NCBI GenBank assembly: GCA_010093605.1
Contig: MU004183.1
Coordinates: 2,294,001 to 2,358,000 of the forward strand
DNA from: Lophium mytilinum
Taxonomy: Eukaryota
Length of the DNA: 64,000 nt
Reading direction: 5' to 3'
Within the stretch, counting starts at the first letter, position 1; each line of letters opens with the position of its first letter. Under the pieces are notes generated by a model. It made no database searches, had not been told where the DNA came from, and worked only from the letters and a program-made list of their open reading frames with translations. Shown here in pieces: positions 63,810 through 64,000 of this stretch. The position numbers and the translations under genes are program-made.

Positions 63810-64000
63810 GATAAAGGGGGCTGGGTCGTTGGAAGAGGGGATTTATCTTTTCTGGCTGAGTGGCGAGTGCTGCGCTTTTTATCTTCTAGCGAAGCGGCAT
63901 GGGTTGCGCTGGGACTGCGTACCATGTCGTGCGGTGCTTGCTGTGACTTTATTCATCATAGTCGAAGGAACTGTTGACTTGAAAATATGTTACACTCCAC

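Overview
Intron-rich filamentous ascomycete (Pezizomycotina) genomic DNA with about 25 genes and one 216-N assembly gap. Conserved genes flank the window: NDUFAF7-like methyltransferase, CDK11-like kinase, PA/RING ligase and cytosolic SHMT on the left; FMP25, COG3, an AAA+ ATPase, NST1 and RHO2 on the right. Between SHMT and FMP25 lies an accessory block. Its main part (21.1-43.9 kb) is a cluster with no backbone synthase. It holds two paralogous CYP619/PatH-PatI-like P450s, a cytochrome b5, a trihydroxytoluene-oxygenase-type extradiol dioxygenase, two SDRs plus an SDR pseudogene, an aldo-keto reductase, a SnoaL-like protein, an MFS transporter and a Zn2Cys6 regulator. This suggests catabolism or detoxification of a methylphenol with meta ring cleavage (inference). 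Both P450s appear to carry a U2-type AT-AC intron at the same codon just before the heme-binding motif, and the second P450 has no GT-AG alternative. Other oddities are a TPR-kinase with near-identical 126-nt repeats, a decayed array of six ~128-bp repeats with dimeric structure, a ~490-bp fold-back element, several micro-exons and repeated C-rich to G-rich skew inversions. Gene models were read by eye, family names come from remembered motifs, and no searches were run.
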